From positions 359,668-423,667 of the forward strand of contig RDEW01000006.1 in the NCBI GenBank assembly GCA_011109175.1: a stretch of DNA of 64,000 nt. Direction: 5' to 3'. The stretch is from Dicyema japonicum. Taxonomy: Eukaryota > Animalia > Dicyemida. Shown here piece by piece: positions 13,111 through 26,979 of the stretch (positions are counted from its first letter, which is position 1; the number at the start of each line of letters is the position of its first letter). Below the pieces are notes generated by a model. That model had not been told where the DNA came from. It saw nothing but the letters and a program-made list of their open reading frames with translations, and did not search any database. A program made the position numbers and the translations under genes.

Positions 13111-13735
13111 CTGTATAATGGTGCCCAAACCGAGGTCGTACTGTACAACGTTTAGTTCCATTACATATTTTTATTTTTCCCCTTGTAGTGGATTCAAAAT
13201 GCTTTGAAATTAGCTGATTCTTCTACTTGAATGAGATTGAATGCAAGTTGTTACGCTTGAATTGCATTGAATTAAGTGCTGAAGATAAGAAAATTATAAA
13301 AAAATTACACCAAATGCTATTTACGAGTTCGCTAGATTTAATTTGAGATAATAGTGATAGAGACGATTTCTAGTGAGAGATTCAAACCACGTGCTAGGTT
13401 TTTTGGGACATCATTGCACGTGTGTTGGAATCAGAAGACTTGTCTCACTTTCGATAATATCAAACACATATTTTTGGTGATCTCATTCATCCTATTGCTT
13501 AAATTATTAATATTCCTTACTGTTTGGAATCAATGTTGAATTCACAATTGCCTAGATTTCATTTGCTGGACAGCTCACACGTGTTCTATCGAACTCGAGG
13601 AGATAATATTTAACTGTCTTAAAAAATTCTTATCTTTATTTCCATGACAACATTAATGTGTTTCTTGATATTTATTAGCTGTGAATATTGAAAAATGTGT
13701 GAGGACTTTGTGCATTTTTTCTTGTCACGTTGAAT

Positions 13736-13769
13736 NNNNNNNNNNNNNNNNNNNNNNNNNNNNNNNNNN
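13736..13769. other. Assembly gap (34 N)
   Basis: Run of N. Confidence 1.
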
Positions 13770-15479
13770 CATGGACCACCATGTCTACGTTAATGTTGGT
13801 TTCTCTTTCATATCCATTCGTAGATGAGTCCTCTGGTAATGTTTCCAACTCATTCTGAGAAACAAACATGCTCCATAACAACAAATTATAATAATTTCTA
13901 AATATAATAATAATAAAATAAAAATAATTTTATTTAAAAATTAATTTATCTTTAATTTTAGTGTAATATCAACAATTTAAAAACACGTTGCTGGTTAATG
14001 GTTGTTGTTGATAAGAACCATCTAAATTCATCGGATTATGCTGACTTCTGTGCTTAATTGAGTAAAGAAAACCCAAATCGAACGGCTGCCGAGCTTGTCC
14101 GACATGTTTCTGACCGGATACTTAGGATTTGTCCTCAGCAAAACAACACAAAATTTCCGGTTTTACGAGCAATAATGTCTTCCTCAACAGCTGATTGTCG
14201 AGAACAATGGGCTGCCTCGGTTATTCAAAGCAACGCTCTAGACTCGGTCGTGTCTCCAGAGGTGGATGGGCTACTCTCTTAGAAGGGTTCAAGTCTAAGT
14301 TCGGAGAGGAAACAACAATGCCTGAGTTCAGAAAACTGATATACGTACAAAAACACCAACAATTACCATGTAATGAACATGATTCAAAGGGGACCTCAGA
14401 TTCTAAGCCTGATATGTCTTCGACATCTATTGAAGCCAAATTGTATGTTCTTTGTGAACGTACTTTTATTGAGGAGTTACGAACGAATCAGTCAATTGAC
14501 CATTCTTCAAGACCCTGTACGAAGAAAATTCCTAATGTAAAATTTTGATGTGGATATTCACGAATGCCTGAGCCGTGTTATTAATGCTTGGATTGAAGTC
14601 AATCACCAACATCAATTGATCAAATTTCCTTGATTATTTATGCTGGGGAAACTGTATTAAAGTTTTACCGCAAAGAAATTTGAGCACTCAAAATGGAAGG
14701 AGGATATGACTAAGAAAGTTGAACAATGGAAATGACATTCTGTTTTTATTGAAAAATTTTTTACGAAGACTCTTTCTACTGGCGAGAAGTCTATGGCGTG
14801 TCATGCTTTGTCGTTAGTTGGATACAGGAAAAAACAATCTGGAGAAAGGGCCAGAATTACGTCTCTTATCTACGAGTTGTTTTCCCAAGTTATTCTTGAC
14901 AAGCAGCCAAGGATTATGCGAATGACAGGGAATCAGCTTAAATAATTCAGTCAGGTCGGTTTTTTACCAAGGTAAGACAAGATTCAAAGTCATATATTAA
15001 TTCGGGTTTTGAAAGTATTTTGAACATAAATAAGTTTCTTATTCGAATTCATCGTGGTCCCATCAGGTTTGAAGTGATCTTATTCTTAGTACAATTTACC
15101 ACGTGTTTGCTTAAATTATCTCTCATTAGACGGATCTTGAATCTGTTTTGTGATTTTTAGTGTCTTTCTGAATGTTCGGAAATATTGCTTACTATAAAAC
15201 CTTGGGAGATATCTATTTTTGTTTAGCAATTTGTTATTTTAGTTGCCAGCACTCAGATTTGTTAGGATGTATGAATTTTTTGTGCTACTATTATTTTGAT
15301 GTATGTGATCTCTGTTCACTTTTCTATGAAAAGTACGAGCACCGAATTTTTGTTTATCTTGGTTATTACGGATATTTTGTTAGACGAAAATGAAATAAAT
15401 GTGAAATTGTTTATTGATTTCAAAGGAATTGAGATCCTTCGCTACCGTTTTGAAGGATCTCTTTAACTATATTCTAGAT

Positions 15480-16204
15480 CAGAGGTTCCCAACCTGGGTT
15501 CCGCAAAATAATCTAGGGGTTCCGCGAAGTTCCAAATTTATTTTTTTTTTTCAAAACAAATTAATTTAATTTGCGCGTGTCTAAATGGAGTCTTGTGACA
15601 GTACATATCTTTAGTTCGATCGTATCGAGAAAGTTTTATTGCCTTTGGTTTCACATGGACTAGAAACATGGATTGCACTCTACCATTTTGTGTTGTTTGC
15701 GGTGAAAAACTTGCCAATAATGCTATGGCTCCAACGAAACTTGACGTCATTTCTCCACCAAGCACCTGAACCTTCAAAGAAAAAAAATAATATTGGACCA
15801 GAATAAAGTCAAGAATCCTGTATTACAAAAAATCAAAATAAACGAAAAATCACTGCATGCCAGTTATGCTGTTGCTGAGATTGGCGCTAAATATATGAAA
15901 TCGCATACTCTCGCCGAAACTGTTATTTTGCTTGCATGCAAAGAAGTAATGAAGATAATGTTCGGAGATATTGCTGCCGCTGAGCTCGACTTAATTCCTA
16001 TTTCTAATAATTCTGTGATCTGACGCATCAAGGATATGTCTGATGACATTGAAACCACTTTGGTTTGGCGAATAAACATCAGTCTCAACCATCTCACTAA
16101 CTAACATTTTATTTTTCTATATAATTAAAATACTGATAATTGTTAAAAACTATATAAGAGTTCTGTATAAAATGAAAAATGTCAATAGGGTTCCGTGTTC
16201 ACTG
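15480..16204 (+). mobile_element. hAT (Buster/ZBED5-like) internally deleted transposon
   Basis: Left end CAGAGGTTCCCAACCT; transposase fragments CVVCGEKLANNAMAP and HTLAETVILLACKE..IPISNNSV; flanks ttctagat and tactagat (7/8-matching 8-bp TSD with central TA); right TIR degenerate. Confidence 0.8.
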
Positions 16205-16559
16205 TACTAGATGATTTATACGTAATTGAAATTGCGGAAAAACTAGATAAATTTTCAATGAGTAAGCGTTTACTGGGGACTTGTGGAGTAATACAAGATT
16301 TGTTGTAAAATTTTTATTTTATTACAAGAAAGTTAGATTGCTTTGATCTTCTTTTTAATGTTCACTATTTTATCTAAAGCTACATTTGTCTTATATTAAG
16401 TGATCCACATGATATTTTGTCCACATTTGTATATCCTGATTTCAGAGAGACTTTGATCCACATAAATTTTAAAATATTCCAGTTTATAAAAGAACATCCT
16501 TATGAAGCCTACTGTGATATTCATAGGAGGTTTCATCGCTCCTCCCGGGCAGGACACTA

Positions 16560-16790
16560 ACTTTATTTAAGTATAGAACTGTATGATAACTAATAGTAGA
16601 AGGAGGACCAAGGAATGCGCTTTACTTCTTTTGTTGGGTGGGAGTCCTTTTGTAGACGATCCAATTTAGCAGTGAGATGATCACTGATGACGGTGTCACT
16701 CGTTAAACCAAAGCTTCTTTGATGCTTGGAACCTTCAGCCAGTATGTACAGCAGCGAGATTCGAATAAGGGGCATCAGGCCTAGTTCCCG
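16560..16790 (-). repeat. Dispersed repeat (probable LINE 3' end); copies at 26050-26265 (+) and 42600-42745 (+)
   Basis: Shared PL.RISLL.I.AEGS..FGLTSD.VIS.HLTA-like sequence ending tacttaaataaag. Confidence 0.7.
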
Positions 16791-19197
16791 GCATATCTCT
16801 AAAGTAATCCTTAGAACTAATTATATTTAAACAGAATTTCTAAGTTCTCCATAATCTATAATTTGTCCAAATCTGAATTAAAGATATTAAGAATTAGTAC
16901 GTTGTTGTTTGGTAGCACTTCACAGAATGCCTATCCTAGTGAGATTTTTATGGGAATGGCGGAATCAGCCATCTTCCCAGTCGTTCCTTTTCCTTTATTA
17001 CTATCAATGATCCGATGGTGAGTAAGAAGTTAGTTGTCACGATGAGGATAGATACGTGGATGACGTCGATGTTCATTCCTCGTGATGTCACTTGGATATA
17101 CTTGTACTTTATACATATCATCCTTATTAGACTGGCCAAGAAGTTCCACTGGCGACCATCGAGGAGGCACAAAGCCTAGGTTAAAAATATCCCTTTGTAG
17201 TCATTAAAGTCAACAACTTCAAGTTATCTTTATTTTTGACAAAATAACATCGAAGATTTTTTATTTAGTGACTTTTTTTAAACGACACAATTTATTAATA
17301 AACAAAAATAGCTAACTACCATTGGCTGCTTCTGAGTCATTTTTATATTACTTAGATATTATAGACATGAGGATGACGTTGAGGTTCGTATGCTGTCACC
17401 TGGAAGTATTTGTACCCCGTACAAATCATCACAAAAGGGTCTACTTGTTTTCTCCATCAAACTACCCAGTGACGTTACAATGACGACAATTGACTAACAC
17501 AAAACTTATGCCTCCAAAAGATCCCTTCATTTCGGGAAATGCAGAACTCAATTCTAGGCTTCCCAAGAGAATGCGAATCCTTTAATATCAGAGCGACCTT
17601 ATTTTGTACAGCGCTTTTTACTGTCTCAGCTCTTCTATAGCTGAGTTTAATAGAAAATATGATTATGTAATTGTTATTCTCGTCAATTTTCAGTTTATTA
17701 GACCCATATAGTTTAGAAGTTTTAAATCGAGCTTCAAAAGATATATAATCAATTAGCAATGATTTTTGACTGTTGTATAGAGTAAACCCATATAAGCTAT
17801 AATTCTAAACATTCCTTAGATGATTTTGTTCCCAACGGTTTCCATCTTAGACGCAGACTCCTCAGATCATTAAGGCCTTTGCCACCCCGCATTTTTTTAC
17901 TCCTCAGATCGCCATTAGAATTTCGGCGTCGTACGCGGACGTCCAATAAATCTATCACATATGCTACGAAGTAGTCATTTATCGTGACATTTTCTGGTGC
18001 GATAGAATCTATTTTTTTAAATCTCAACAAACAATTTTAACGTGCATCAGTGAATAACATATTTATCGGTTCGTTGGAGCATCTCGCATATAACCCTTTG
18101 TTCATTTGCATCAGCCAATTCAGTACTAAGAGGATGAGGTTCGGTTTCACAAAAGCGTCATACAGTCGGTGAAGGGAAACTAACAAAACGTCTTTAGCAA
18201 TAAACGACTCTAAAAGGCGCAAGCTTTAAATCTTCTGAGGCAGTTCTATTCTTAGAGAGACTTCTATTTTTCTTTCTCAATCGTTCAGACTAACACCGCC
18301 TTTTCACTAATCTGAGCGTCAACTACGTCGCTTGGTAGTAGCTACGGGACGAGCTCCAAAGATCCGTCTAGATCTTTTTGTTGTTAGTAATGCAAAAAAT
18401 GTAAAAATATCATGTTAATGGAATGCCCGTATAATCATAATTATGCACGTGTCAGATAAGCTATGTGGCTAATAGGATCGACACGAATTCCAACTATCTG
18501 GTTCAAATGACGGAGGTGCTCATTACTATTTTGCACATGTGGGACCTTGAGACTGATAATTCTGGTTCCAATCTAGTCCTTTAGTCCATTCGCATAAAAA
18601 AGATTCATTCTCTAAGAAAATCGGTCACCTAAATCTATAGCTCACTAATCTGTGGGTTATGGAGAAATACAAATAATCAAAGTTATTTAGTAACGTTATG
18701 GTTCTATTCTTCTCAGGACCTAAAATAAAGAGACTTGAATAAGGACTATCTGTCAAGGTAGTTAACATGAGATATAAATATTCAATTTTGATGAGGTACC
18801 ATACAGAGTTCTGACCCGCAAGCTCTAAATTGGAGGAAATTAGTGAAGATTATCCATACGAAGAAGGCAGATTCTAACCCGGATCCAGATTCCTCTTTGG
18901 CTAAGTATTTCCGATTTCAGTGCCTCCGAATCTGTTACGTCGTCAATGCTCACATGAAAAACAAGAGCTTGCAACTAATTAGACATTCTGTGCAATATCA
19001 TACATCTCAACCTTCATGAATCAACCACTTGGTGGTAATAATCAATGTATACGGTGAGAGTGCAACAATGCTCTGTTTCTCTCTAACATATGTGCGAGAT
19101 GGAAATCAACTATCGCTGTTATTGTATTTAAATATAATTTACCTTCTAAAAGGCAGATGTTGTGATATCTGTGTATATAAGGAGGACGAGGAGACAT

Positions 19198-19655
19198 GAA
19201 GGATGCTCAATTGTCGGTTTGTCGGTTCTACTAGTCTCGACTGTATTTTTCAAAAAGTGGATTTGGATGCAATTTAGACTGTTTTAAAGGAAATGCTATA
19301 TTTTCGTCAAAGAGCCTAGAAATTATGAGAATGCCAAAATTTTTTGTCAAAACCTGGGTGGAAACATAGCCAATATCGACTGCTATGGGACTAATAGATA
19401 TATTCTCGGAATGTTTGGTTGTGTAGACTTTGCTAGAGACATTTTATAGCCGAATGAAATAGTATTTTTCATTGGCGTCAACGATATTAGAAAAGAAAAA
19501 TATTCTAAAATTTCAATGTAAACAGACAGACATACTTTAATTGGAATAGTGGTGAACCCAACAATTTCGGTGACGAAGACTGTGTTGTTATGATGAATAT
19601 TCACGGGAAGTGGACTGATTTGAAATGTAATATAGTCAACCCGTTCCTATGTTAA
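19198..19655 (+). pseudogene. C-type lectin domain gene (EPN motif), frameshifted
   Basis: KCYIFVKEPRNYENAKIFCQNLGG, FFIGVND, FNWNSGEPNNFGDEDCVVM..GKWTDLKC..PFLC; candidate introns 19257-19289 (33 nt) and 19423-19449 (27 nt); unresolved frameshift near 19500-19520; start codon not identified. Confidence 0.85.
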
Positions 19656-19829
19656 CTCACTGGTTATATCCCTGAGTGTATGATTTAATAGATGTGTTTT
19701 AAACGGAATGCTATAAGTAAAATAAATAAACTTACAAATATCTCATTAATTTAAAATTTAGCCTGATATGAAAATTAGAGTAATTTTGTTGTTATGAGGT
19801 TTACGATCAAAATGAGATATGTGCCTTTT

Positions 19830-20190
19830 GAAATTGAATAGATTAAGATGTCTTAATCAGAACATGGGACGCAATTTCTTCAATGCAATCGTTGATAGCC
19901 TAAAGCAAGAGTCGAACCAACAGCGGCTTGCCTGTTTGCTATCTGTGCACAACATGGGAGTGGTGGATTGCCCACGTATTTCCATGCGCTTCTTCGGAAC
20001 TCTTATGGACGACGACCGTGTGAGAATCGGACTAGCACCACGATTGGGACTTCACGTTCACCGAAAGACAGATGCTCCTGTCGAGGAACAGTTGACACTA
20101 AAGATTACATCAATTGTCTTGCAAATGGAGTGCAGGTCACTCACTTCGTCACACCGCATTGAAAATGTTATTCTGCAAACCCTCGAGGCA
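19830..20190 (+). mobile_element. CRE-like LINE C-terminal fragment
   Basis: GTLMDDDRVRIGLAPRLGL..C.CRGTVD..HCLAN..RH motif region. Confidence 0.7.
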
Positions 20191-20509
20191 GTAGACTTCC
20201 TAGCTTAACGGAGCGTGTTGGACTGGATCGTGGAGATGGCAAGAGGCCATACGGAATGACGCTTTTCCCATATTCACAGGCTCCTTTATTGTGGCCTTTC
20301 TAAGAGAAATCGGAGGGAAAATAAAAAAAACTAATCCCCTCATCACTTGATGACCTTTTCTGACAAAAATGGAAAAAAATTGCTTCACTGTGCATTAAAT
20401 GCATTTCGGATCCCAGAAAAAGTGGCGAAAGATTCAACCGATATGTACTCTGAGTTAACGAGAACATTCAATGAATACGATTATTCCATATTGATATTTG
20501 TTAATGGAG

Positions 20510-21290
20510 AACTAAATACATTCGACCCTCGCAAATCGGCTATTTTTGGTTCCTTAGAAATTTTACCAATTTAAGAAATGTAAAATTAGAAAAAAAATAA
20601 ATAATTTTTAAAAACAATGAACAAAGAAATTTATAATACTGAACAAAAGAACATATTTAAGATTTATTAAAATAAAAGTTAATTTTAACCGGTGGCTTTT
20701 CCAGTTGATCTCTGTTGCAATCGTGAGAGGCAACGCAATGTCGATAATGTCTGCGGGGTTCACTTTGGATGGATGGCTGTGTTAATTAATATTAATTATT
20801 CAATAAACTAAAACCATAAAAATCCTAATTATTTTTCTTTGCTACAATAATACTTGCTTTGTACTTTCTTATTAGAATGAGATAAAATTCATGATTCATT
20901 CTCAACACTAGATAAGAGTTCCCTCTCTATTACAGTTAATTTACCTACATACCTTCTTTGTCTACAGGTCTTATTTTTTATATTTTTGTTCACTACTTTC
21001 TCAATCTTTAAAGAATTTTCATTTTCAATAAATTTTTCATTTTCCGTGTATTTAAAAAATCCTCAACTTTGAGAGGATCGAAATGTCAGTTCTTCTGATT
21101 GCTGTATCATTAAGATCAATTTCAAGAATTTCGTTATTGGAGTTATTTAAACCCGTCTCTTCTGATACGTCTTTCTTAGCTCTTTTTGCAAAAAAGACCG
21201 CATCCTTTAAATTCAACTTCCTGTAGAAATGTAAACAGAAATACTGAGTTTCAATAATTCCGTCACATATATTAACAAAATTACTCTTGA
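20510..21290 (-). repeat. Unclassified dispersed repeat with degenerate coding remnant; second copy at about 60640-61230
   Basis: Shared blocks such as caataatacttgctttgtactttct, aaaatcctcaactttgag, tcaagaatttcgtta and ggttccttaga. Confidence 0.75.
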
Positions 21291-21364
21291 AATATTTTGT
21301 GATACCAAAAAAAATTTTTTTGGAAGGTACGAAATAACATCATTTTTTTATATTTAACAAATTG

Positions 21365-21897
21365 AGTTTTCATATAAACGGGCGGCCTCTCCCGCTTTCA
21401 TTGCCGACCTCAAAAGTTTCGACTGGGAAAAGCTGTCAGTACAGGCAGCATCCCAAATTAAGCATTTGCCGAGAGAAGGGGAAGACAGTAATTCCATCGG
21501 GTCGCTTCCTATCATCCCTACTCAAGCCCGTTGGCTCTAGAATGGATGGGTATCCCGCCAACTCGAGGGCGCGCTTCACCACTTCATTCAGCCTTGTGTC
21601 TAGCGAATCGACCTGCGCTTTTTCGACAAGAAAGCGGGAGAGGCCGCCCGTTTATATGAAAACTCAAAAATAAAGAAATACAGCAGCCTCCTAAACCGTT
21701 TCCATGTACAGCCAGTGGTCGTCGGGACGAGCAGAGTCTTTGGCCCCAAGACGGTCTCTTTCCTTAGAGCACTTGGGTGTCTATTGACCAAAGCCTCGAG
21801 GGAGCGTCGGGAAACCGAGTGGCTTTTCCAAAAGATATCCCTGGCAGTAGTCAGAGGTAACAGCCACTCGATCATATCCGCTGGACTCAGTAATTAA
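21365..21897 (+). mobile_element. CRE-like LINE 3' end (restriction-like endonuclease)
   Basis: EWLFQKISLAVVRGNSHSI, KYSSL..FHVQPVVVGT; related RLE ends at 20695-20790, 22707-23396 (-), 25660-25975, 46400-46540. Confidence 0.8.
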
Positions 21898-22099
21898 CTA
21901 CTCATGTTTTCTAATAATCATAAATTATTACTAAAAAAAAATTGAGTTTTTCATTAAAAGTAAGCCGAGAATTGAAAGAAATGTGTTAATTAAAATTTTA
22001 TTTTTTAAAAATTCGTATTAAAAATTATGGTCAATTTAAAAATTAGCCAATTAATAAGGAGAATAAGATTTTTCTTAGAATTTTCTAATATGGCTAATT

Positions 22100-22650
22100 G
22101 ATATTTTGGGAGAGTCGAGTGTACGTTGAAATTTGCATTCTAGACTGGGATATTAGAAGATAGGAATTTGTTTTATGCACACACGGGGTCATTATGTAAC
22201 CATTGTAATAAAAACAAGAAAATGCTGATCATTTGGCCACTCAGTGTGGTAAAATGCTAAATAGTGATTATCTCCAAAGACATAATGAAGTGGTAAAGTG
22301 CATCCATCTTCATCTTTGTCGAATTTATGGAATCAAAAGAAGCAGGAAATTGAAAGGACATTCGGTTCAGTCAATATTTACGAATCAAAATGTCGAAATT
22401 AGAGTTGACACGTCGATTATGACAGAACAAAAGTCCAATACAATAAACCTGATATTTTGTGTATGACAAAACAAAGAAGGTAACTTTAATTGAAGTGGGA
22501 ATTACCTCACAAGACCGACTAAAGCAAGTTGAAGTTGAGAAACTTCACAAATATGACTTGCTAGCAAATGAACTTTGGCTGCTCTATGAATGCCAAGTGA
22601 TGATTATTCCAGTAGTTTTGACATGGGATGGAGTTTTTTTTATATGAAAG
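22100..22650 (+). mobile_element. NeSL/R4-like RLE LINE 3' fragment
   Basis: CNHC..DHLATQC..RHNEVVKCIH zinc knuckle; LIEVGIT..K..KY endonuclease; nearly identical to 41005-41370. Confidence 0.85.
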
Positions 22651-22706
22651 TTTAATTAATAAAATATTTAGAATATAATGATAAATTTTATTAATAATAC
22701 AGAGAA

Positions 22707-23396
22707 TTAATTTTTAAAATTATAAATAACTAGGACGACAGAATGGCGACCTCTGATAATCGCCATTTCGAGCCTCTGCCTCAACCATACCCTCTCCCGT
22801 GGCTCACACCTTTTTTGAGGCGAGTTTGCTTCTAATACTGGAAAGAAAGGCGTTCGTCTTCGCTCCCACGGTTTCTGTTGTCTCCACAGCAATGAGGGTG
22901 AAATGATATTGGTCTCCGAGGGATTCGTATTTTCGGATCTTGTTGACCTCCGCCTGGTCGGCTGGCGTCTCCAGGAGAGAGTGCGTCGCCGTCAGCGATC
23001 TGGCCCCTGATAAGGTGTCCACACACGTTGCGTCCCAGAGGAGTGAGTTTCACTAGGAGTATGGGAATAACGTCATGCTATCCGGCCTCTTCCCATCGCC
23101 TCTATCTAAACTCAATGGTTACAAATGGGGCGGAAATCCCGCGGCCTTGAGAGCTGCGTGACGCGGGGCTCGACCAAGCACTTTGTCGGCAAAAGAGTGG
23201 ATGTAATCTTTTCGTATCAACGTCCCCGCCGCAACGACATTTGTGGCTCTGGCATATGTCCAGTTCTAAGCGCAGTGCCACCTCGATCTTCAGGATATTT
23301 TCAAAGGAGGGTCCCCAGATGTGGGCACGGTAGAACCTCGAGCCAGACTCCATTTCCGCGATGTGCGGGCCGACTTAATGCTTGTTAGGATTATAT
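22707..23396 (-). mobile_element. CRE-like LINE 3' end (zinc knuckle + RLE)
   Basis: LRLELDICQSHKC.CG, WTPY, KIRKYESLGDQYHFTLIAVET, RQRLEMAIIRG. Confidence 0.8.
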
Positions 23397-23429
23397 GGCG
23401 TCACCAGAGATGGTGTACCACATGACGCA
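23397..23429 (-). ncRNA. Partial copy of conserved 5' pseudoknot motif (P1, P2 5' strand, P3)
   Basis: gcgtca tg tggtac acc atctct ggt gacgcc; truncated before P4 and P2'. Confidence 0.6.
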
Positions 23430-24851
23430 GGCTTAAAATTCGAGCTTTCTGAAGCCAAAGGGAAGAGCAGAAAAATCAAAACATATAATTTTCAATGCAT
23501 ATAGCCACATAGGATCACACTAACTTTGGCGGTACGTGGCATAAAGAGAGGAATAAAGATTGATCCCAAGTTAATTCTTCTAGGAAGAGAAAACCGATTT
23601 CCATAGATTTTTAGTTTAATTATTTAGTGTCTAATGGAAGTCTTAATAGCAAGTATATAGTACTGTCTGACCTTTTTCGAGAAATATGTTGACGTTTGTT
23701 TATTACTTTTATGAATATTTAATCATTTTTTTATAATAGAGAAAACAAATAAATTTTTTTAGTTAAAAGGCAGGATTGCGAAGGCGTTCCTTCGATCATC
23801 GCTGTTTCTAGTTTCTGCTTCAAACAGAGTCTTTTGTGAGGCTCTTATCTCTTCGAAGCAAGTCTTCGTCCGATATTTTAGAGAGGATAGACTTTCAAAC
23901 CGAGCTCTGGTGGTAAGGGAATGCAAAAGACGATGAAAAACACTTCCAATCTGAGATAGATGATGTTCAGATCGCAGGCGTCCAACTTTCATTTCTGATA
24001 GTCTTCTTGTATAAAGCGCTAATCTAAAAAGTTCTGCGCTCCAGTAATCTTTGTTCTTTATGTAGGTCCGTATTGCACATGTAGATACGAAGTCATGTAT
24101 ACTCTTGTCCCAGGTTTGGTTGTTTGCTGGAGTGGGATTTTCCTGAGTGTTGTTTCGGGGTTAGTTAAGGTTATTCAAATGTGCTTTTGGTTAGTAAATT
24201 CAAGGAAATAGAAGGTTGTGTAGTTGGGATCAAGGAATTGTTAGAGATATTGTAAGCTCCACATTTCAAGAAGGGTAACCTAATAGCAGGATCTTCGACT
24301 CCCATTGTAAGTTGTCAACAGAAGATGATTTTAAACAGCCTTTTATAGCTCTTAATGCTGAATTTTGCACCTGCNTGCTGTATCTTTGGGAAACATGGTG
24401 CCCATCTTGAGAAAGTTTGATGAATCGTTTGTACAAGAGAGTTAAACATTCTTTTAATGGCCGTTCAAGTGTCCAGCTACAGGAAGTCATTGATTTACGA
24501 TTTGCTTTAGTTCGAAGTTGTTTTACGTTTTTTTCAAAGCAGAATGACGGATCAAAGACGACTCAAGAAGTTCACTAGAAAAAATTCATAGAATCATGAA
24601 CAGTTTGTCTGGTGGCGTAGGAGTGTCGAAATCGTCGGAAATAAACAGCGTCAAGGTAGAGAGGTGGGATGTAGAGTTATGGGATAAAATTATATTGTGA
24701 TTTGGAAAGCTTTAGGTGACAAAAAAATCCCGTTCAAAACTATTTTCAGGATATTCGATACCACCGAGGTAAGATCTGAAGGAGGAAGGAAAAGGAGGAA
24801 TCCTTATTGTTTTTGAGTATGAGAATAATTATCCATATTCTTCCTTTTGCT

Positions 24852-24936
24852 AATTATCCATTTCTTCGGTTTAACTGACCTGGTCATCTCCAGAATTATC
24901 CATTTCTTCCGGTTTAACTGACCTGGTCATCTCCAG
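24852..24936. repeat. 42/43-nt tandem duplication
   Basis: aattatccatttcttc(c)ggtttaactgacctggtcatctccag twice. Confidence 0.95.
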
Positions 24937-26979
24937 AATTTTTGAGTTTGAAAATAAGGTGAAGGATTTCATTATCAAAGTAATTCCGAATGATTCCTTC
25001 GAGGATAATTTATGTCAGCTGAAAATAGAGGAGTTAACAAAGGCAATGGGTTTTTTCCCAGGAGGTAATGTCATCCATATGAACGTCATTCAAGGATCTT
25101 TTCCATTTGTACTTAAAATTAATCCATTTCTGTAGTTTACAAAAACCTATCTGATCTTTGTACGCGGGGGAGATAGAACAATGTCAATGATTATCGGGTT
25201 TTGGTCAAAGGGCAGGTCATATCTGACATTATAGTTAATCTATGATGCCACTGGACTAGTTTAGATCCCCGGGACGGATCCACATCTTGTGTGTTTGTTG
25301 CGGTTGTTAAATATGACAGGTGTTCGAGTTCTGAAATGATTTGTCCTAGTCTGGCGTCCGAATATCAGAGTAGGTCACTACCATTGAGGTATGATAACGT
25401 TAGTAAAGTTGAGTAGGAATTCCAGCGCGAGACGATAGCAATTTTGGCTGCAAGACGAAATTGCAGATTAACGAGATTGTAGGGAGTGGACATGACGTTA
25501 TTAGCTATAGAAATTACTTCTATGTGGTTATCTGAAGTTTAGATGGATGTGTACTGGGTAACGACAACTTAAGTTTCCTTATTTAACTAAACCTAAGTTC
25601 AAGAGGCCTTCGATAAATTTAGGTTTTTTTCTTTAATGCAATTTAATATAATATTCAATCAAAAACCAGTTAATCTTTACAGGCTTAACGGGAAACGACC
25701 AGATGACCATCTCCCTTTTGAAGTCGAGAAACCTCTTGTCTGGGACGTCACCTGTACCGATACTTTTGCCTCTTGCAACATATTCCAGAGTGCTTCTGAA
25801 TCCTATTCTGCCGCTGAGTAAGCCGAGGAGTTGTCACTGGAAAAGTTCCAATAATTTCTTGTCTCTAGGGAATCGAATATCTACACGATCAGAAGACCCC
25901 CGTGAGCGTTGCTGGTTTTTTGAGCCATCCTGAGAGGGAATAGCCACGCAGTCAGGGTGGACGCTATATGACCATTTGCTCACTTTTTTCCTTAATAAAT
26001 TGATTTAATTTAATCAAAATTTATTGCAATAAATAAAATTATTTCATCACAGAAAATTTGCCCCTAGTTCGAATCTCACTGCTGTTTATTCAGGCTGAAG
26101 GTTCTACACATCTAAGATGCTTTGGCTTGACGAGTGATATCGTCATCAGTGAACATCTCACTGCGGAACCGAATCTTCCACAAGAAGACTCACACCCAAC
26201 AAAAAAAATCCTTGATCCTTTCTCATCGATTAGTTATGATGACTGTTCTTTACTTAAATAAAGGCAGGGAATATACTCTGTTACGACACTCCAGGTGAGC
26301 AATGCCACACGTAAAGACACCATCCTTCTCATCAGTAACGAGATCAATAACGGCCGGTCGTTTAACCCTGAATATTATAATATGAAATACAGTCGTTGGC
26401 TTTTCGCCGGTAAATCACCATTCAAAAGTACAGACCCCGTGGCGAAATCTTCAAAGAAGACACTGATTCGTTAAGAAATTGTACTCTCTTTAGATTTTAA
26501 ACAAATGTGAAGAGACCACGTCGAGTCTGTTCGATTTAAAGAAAATTTCAATTCTCTTTGATTGACCGATTGGGAAGTGATGACTATACTGAATGTCTAA
26601 CTCGTCACATAGGTCATCCTTGTCATCGTGAAAGTCATCCTAATAATTGTTAAACTCGTTCACATAAGTTTCTAGTAATCCTTATATTACCACCAAATGT
26701 ATAAAGGCTATATGGAATTCTCTCTTGAATATGACGGATGCGCTTTTGCAAGGAAATTCGAAACAGTGCGTACATCCAACGAAAAGCCATCACTGCTTAA
26801 TTATAAAATATTTATTAATTTGAATTTACTAAGAAAACATTTAAAAATTGATAGATAAAAATTAGAAAGTAGAAATAGGCCGAAAAGAAATGCCGCGTGG
26901 CGCCATGATGTGCTTCGAGGCTAATTGGTTGAAGTTTCTTGTTTGTTTGTCTGTTCTTCTTCTCTCTTTCTATTAGAGT

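Noticed and set aside
14040-15100. ORFs suggesting a Gypsy gag/pol remnant
   Set aside because: No zinc knuckle, protease, RT or LTR motif that I could verify
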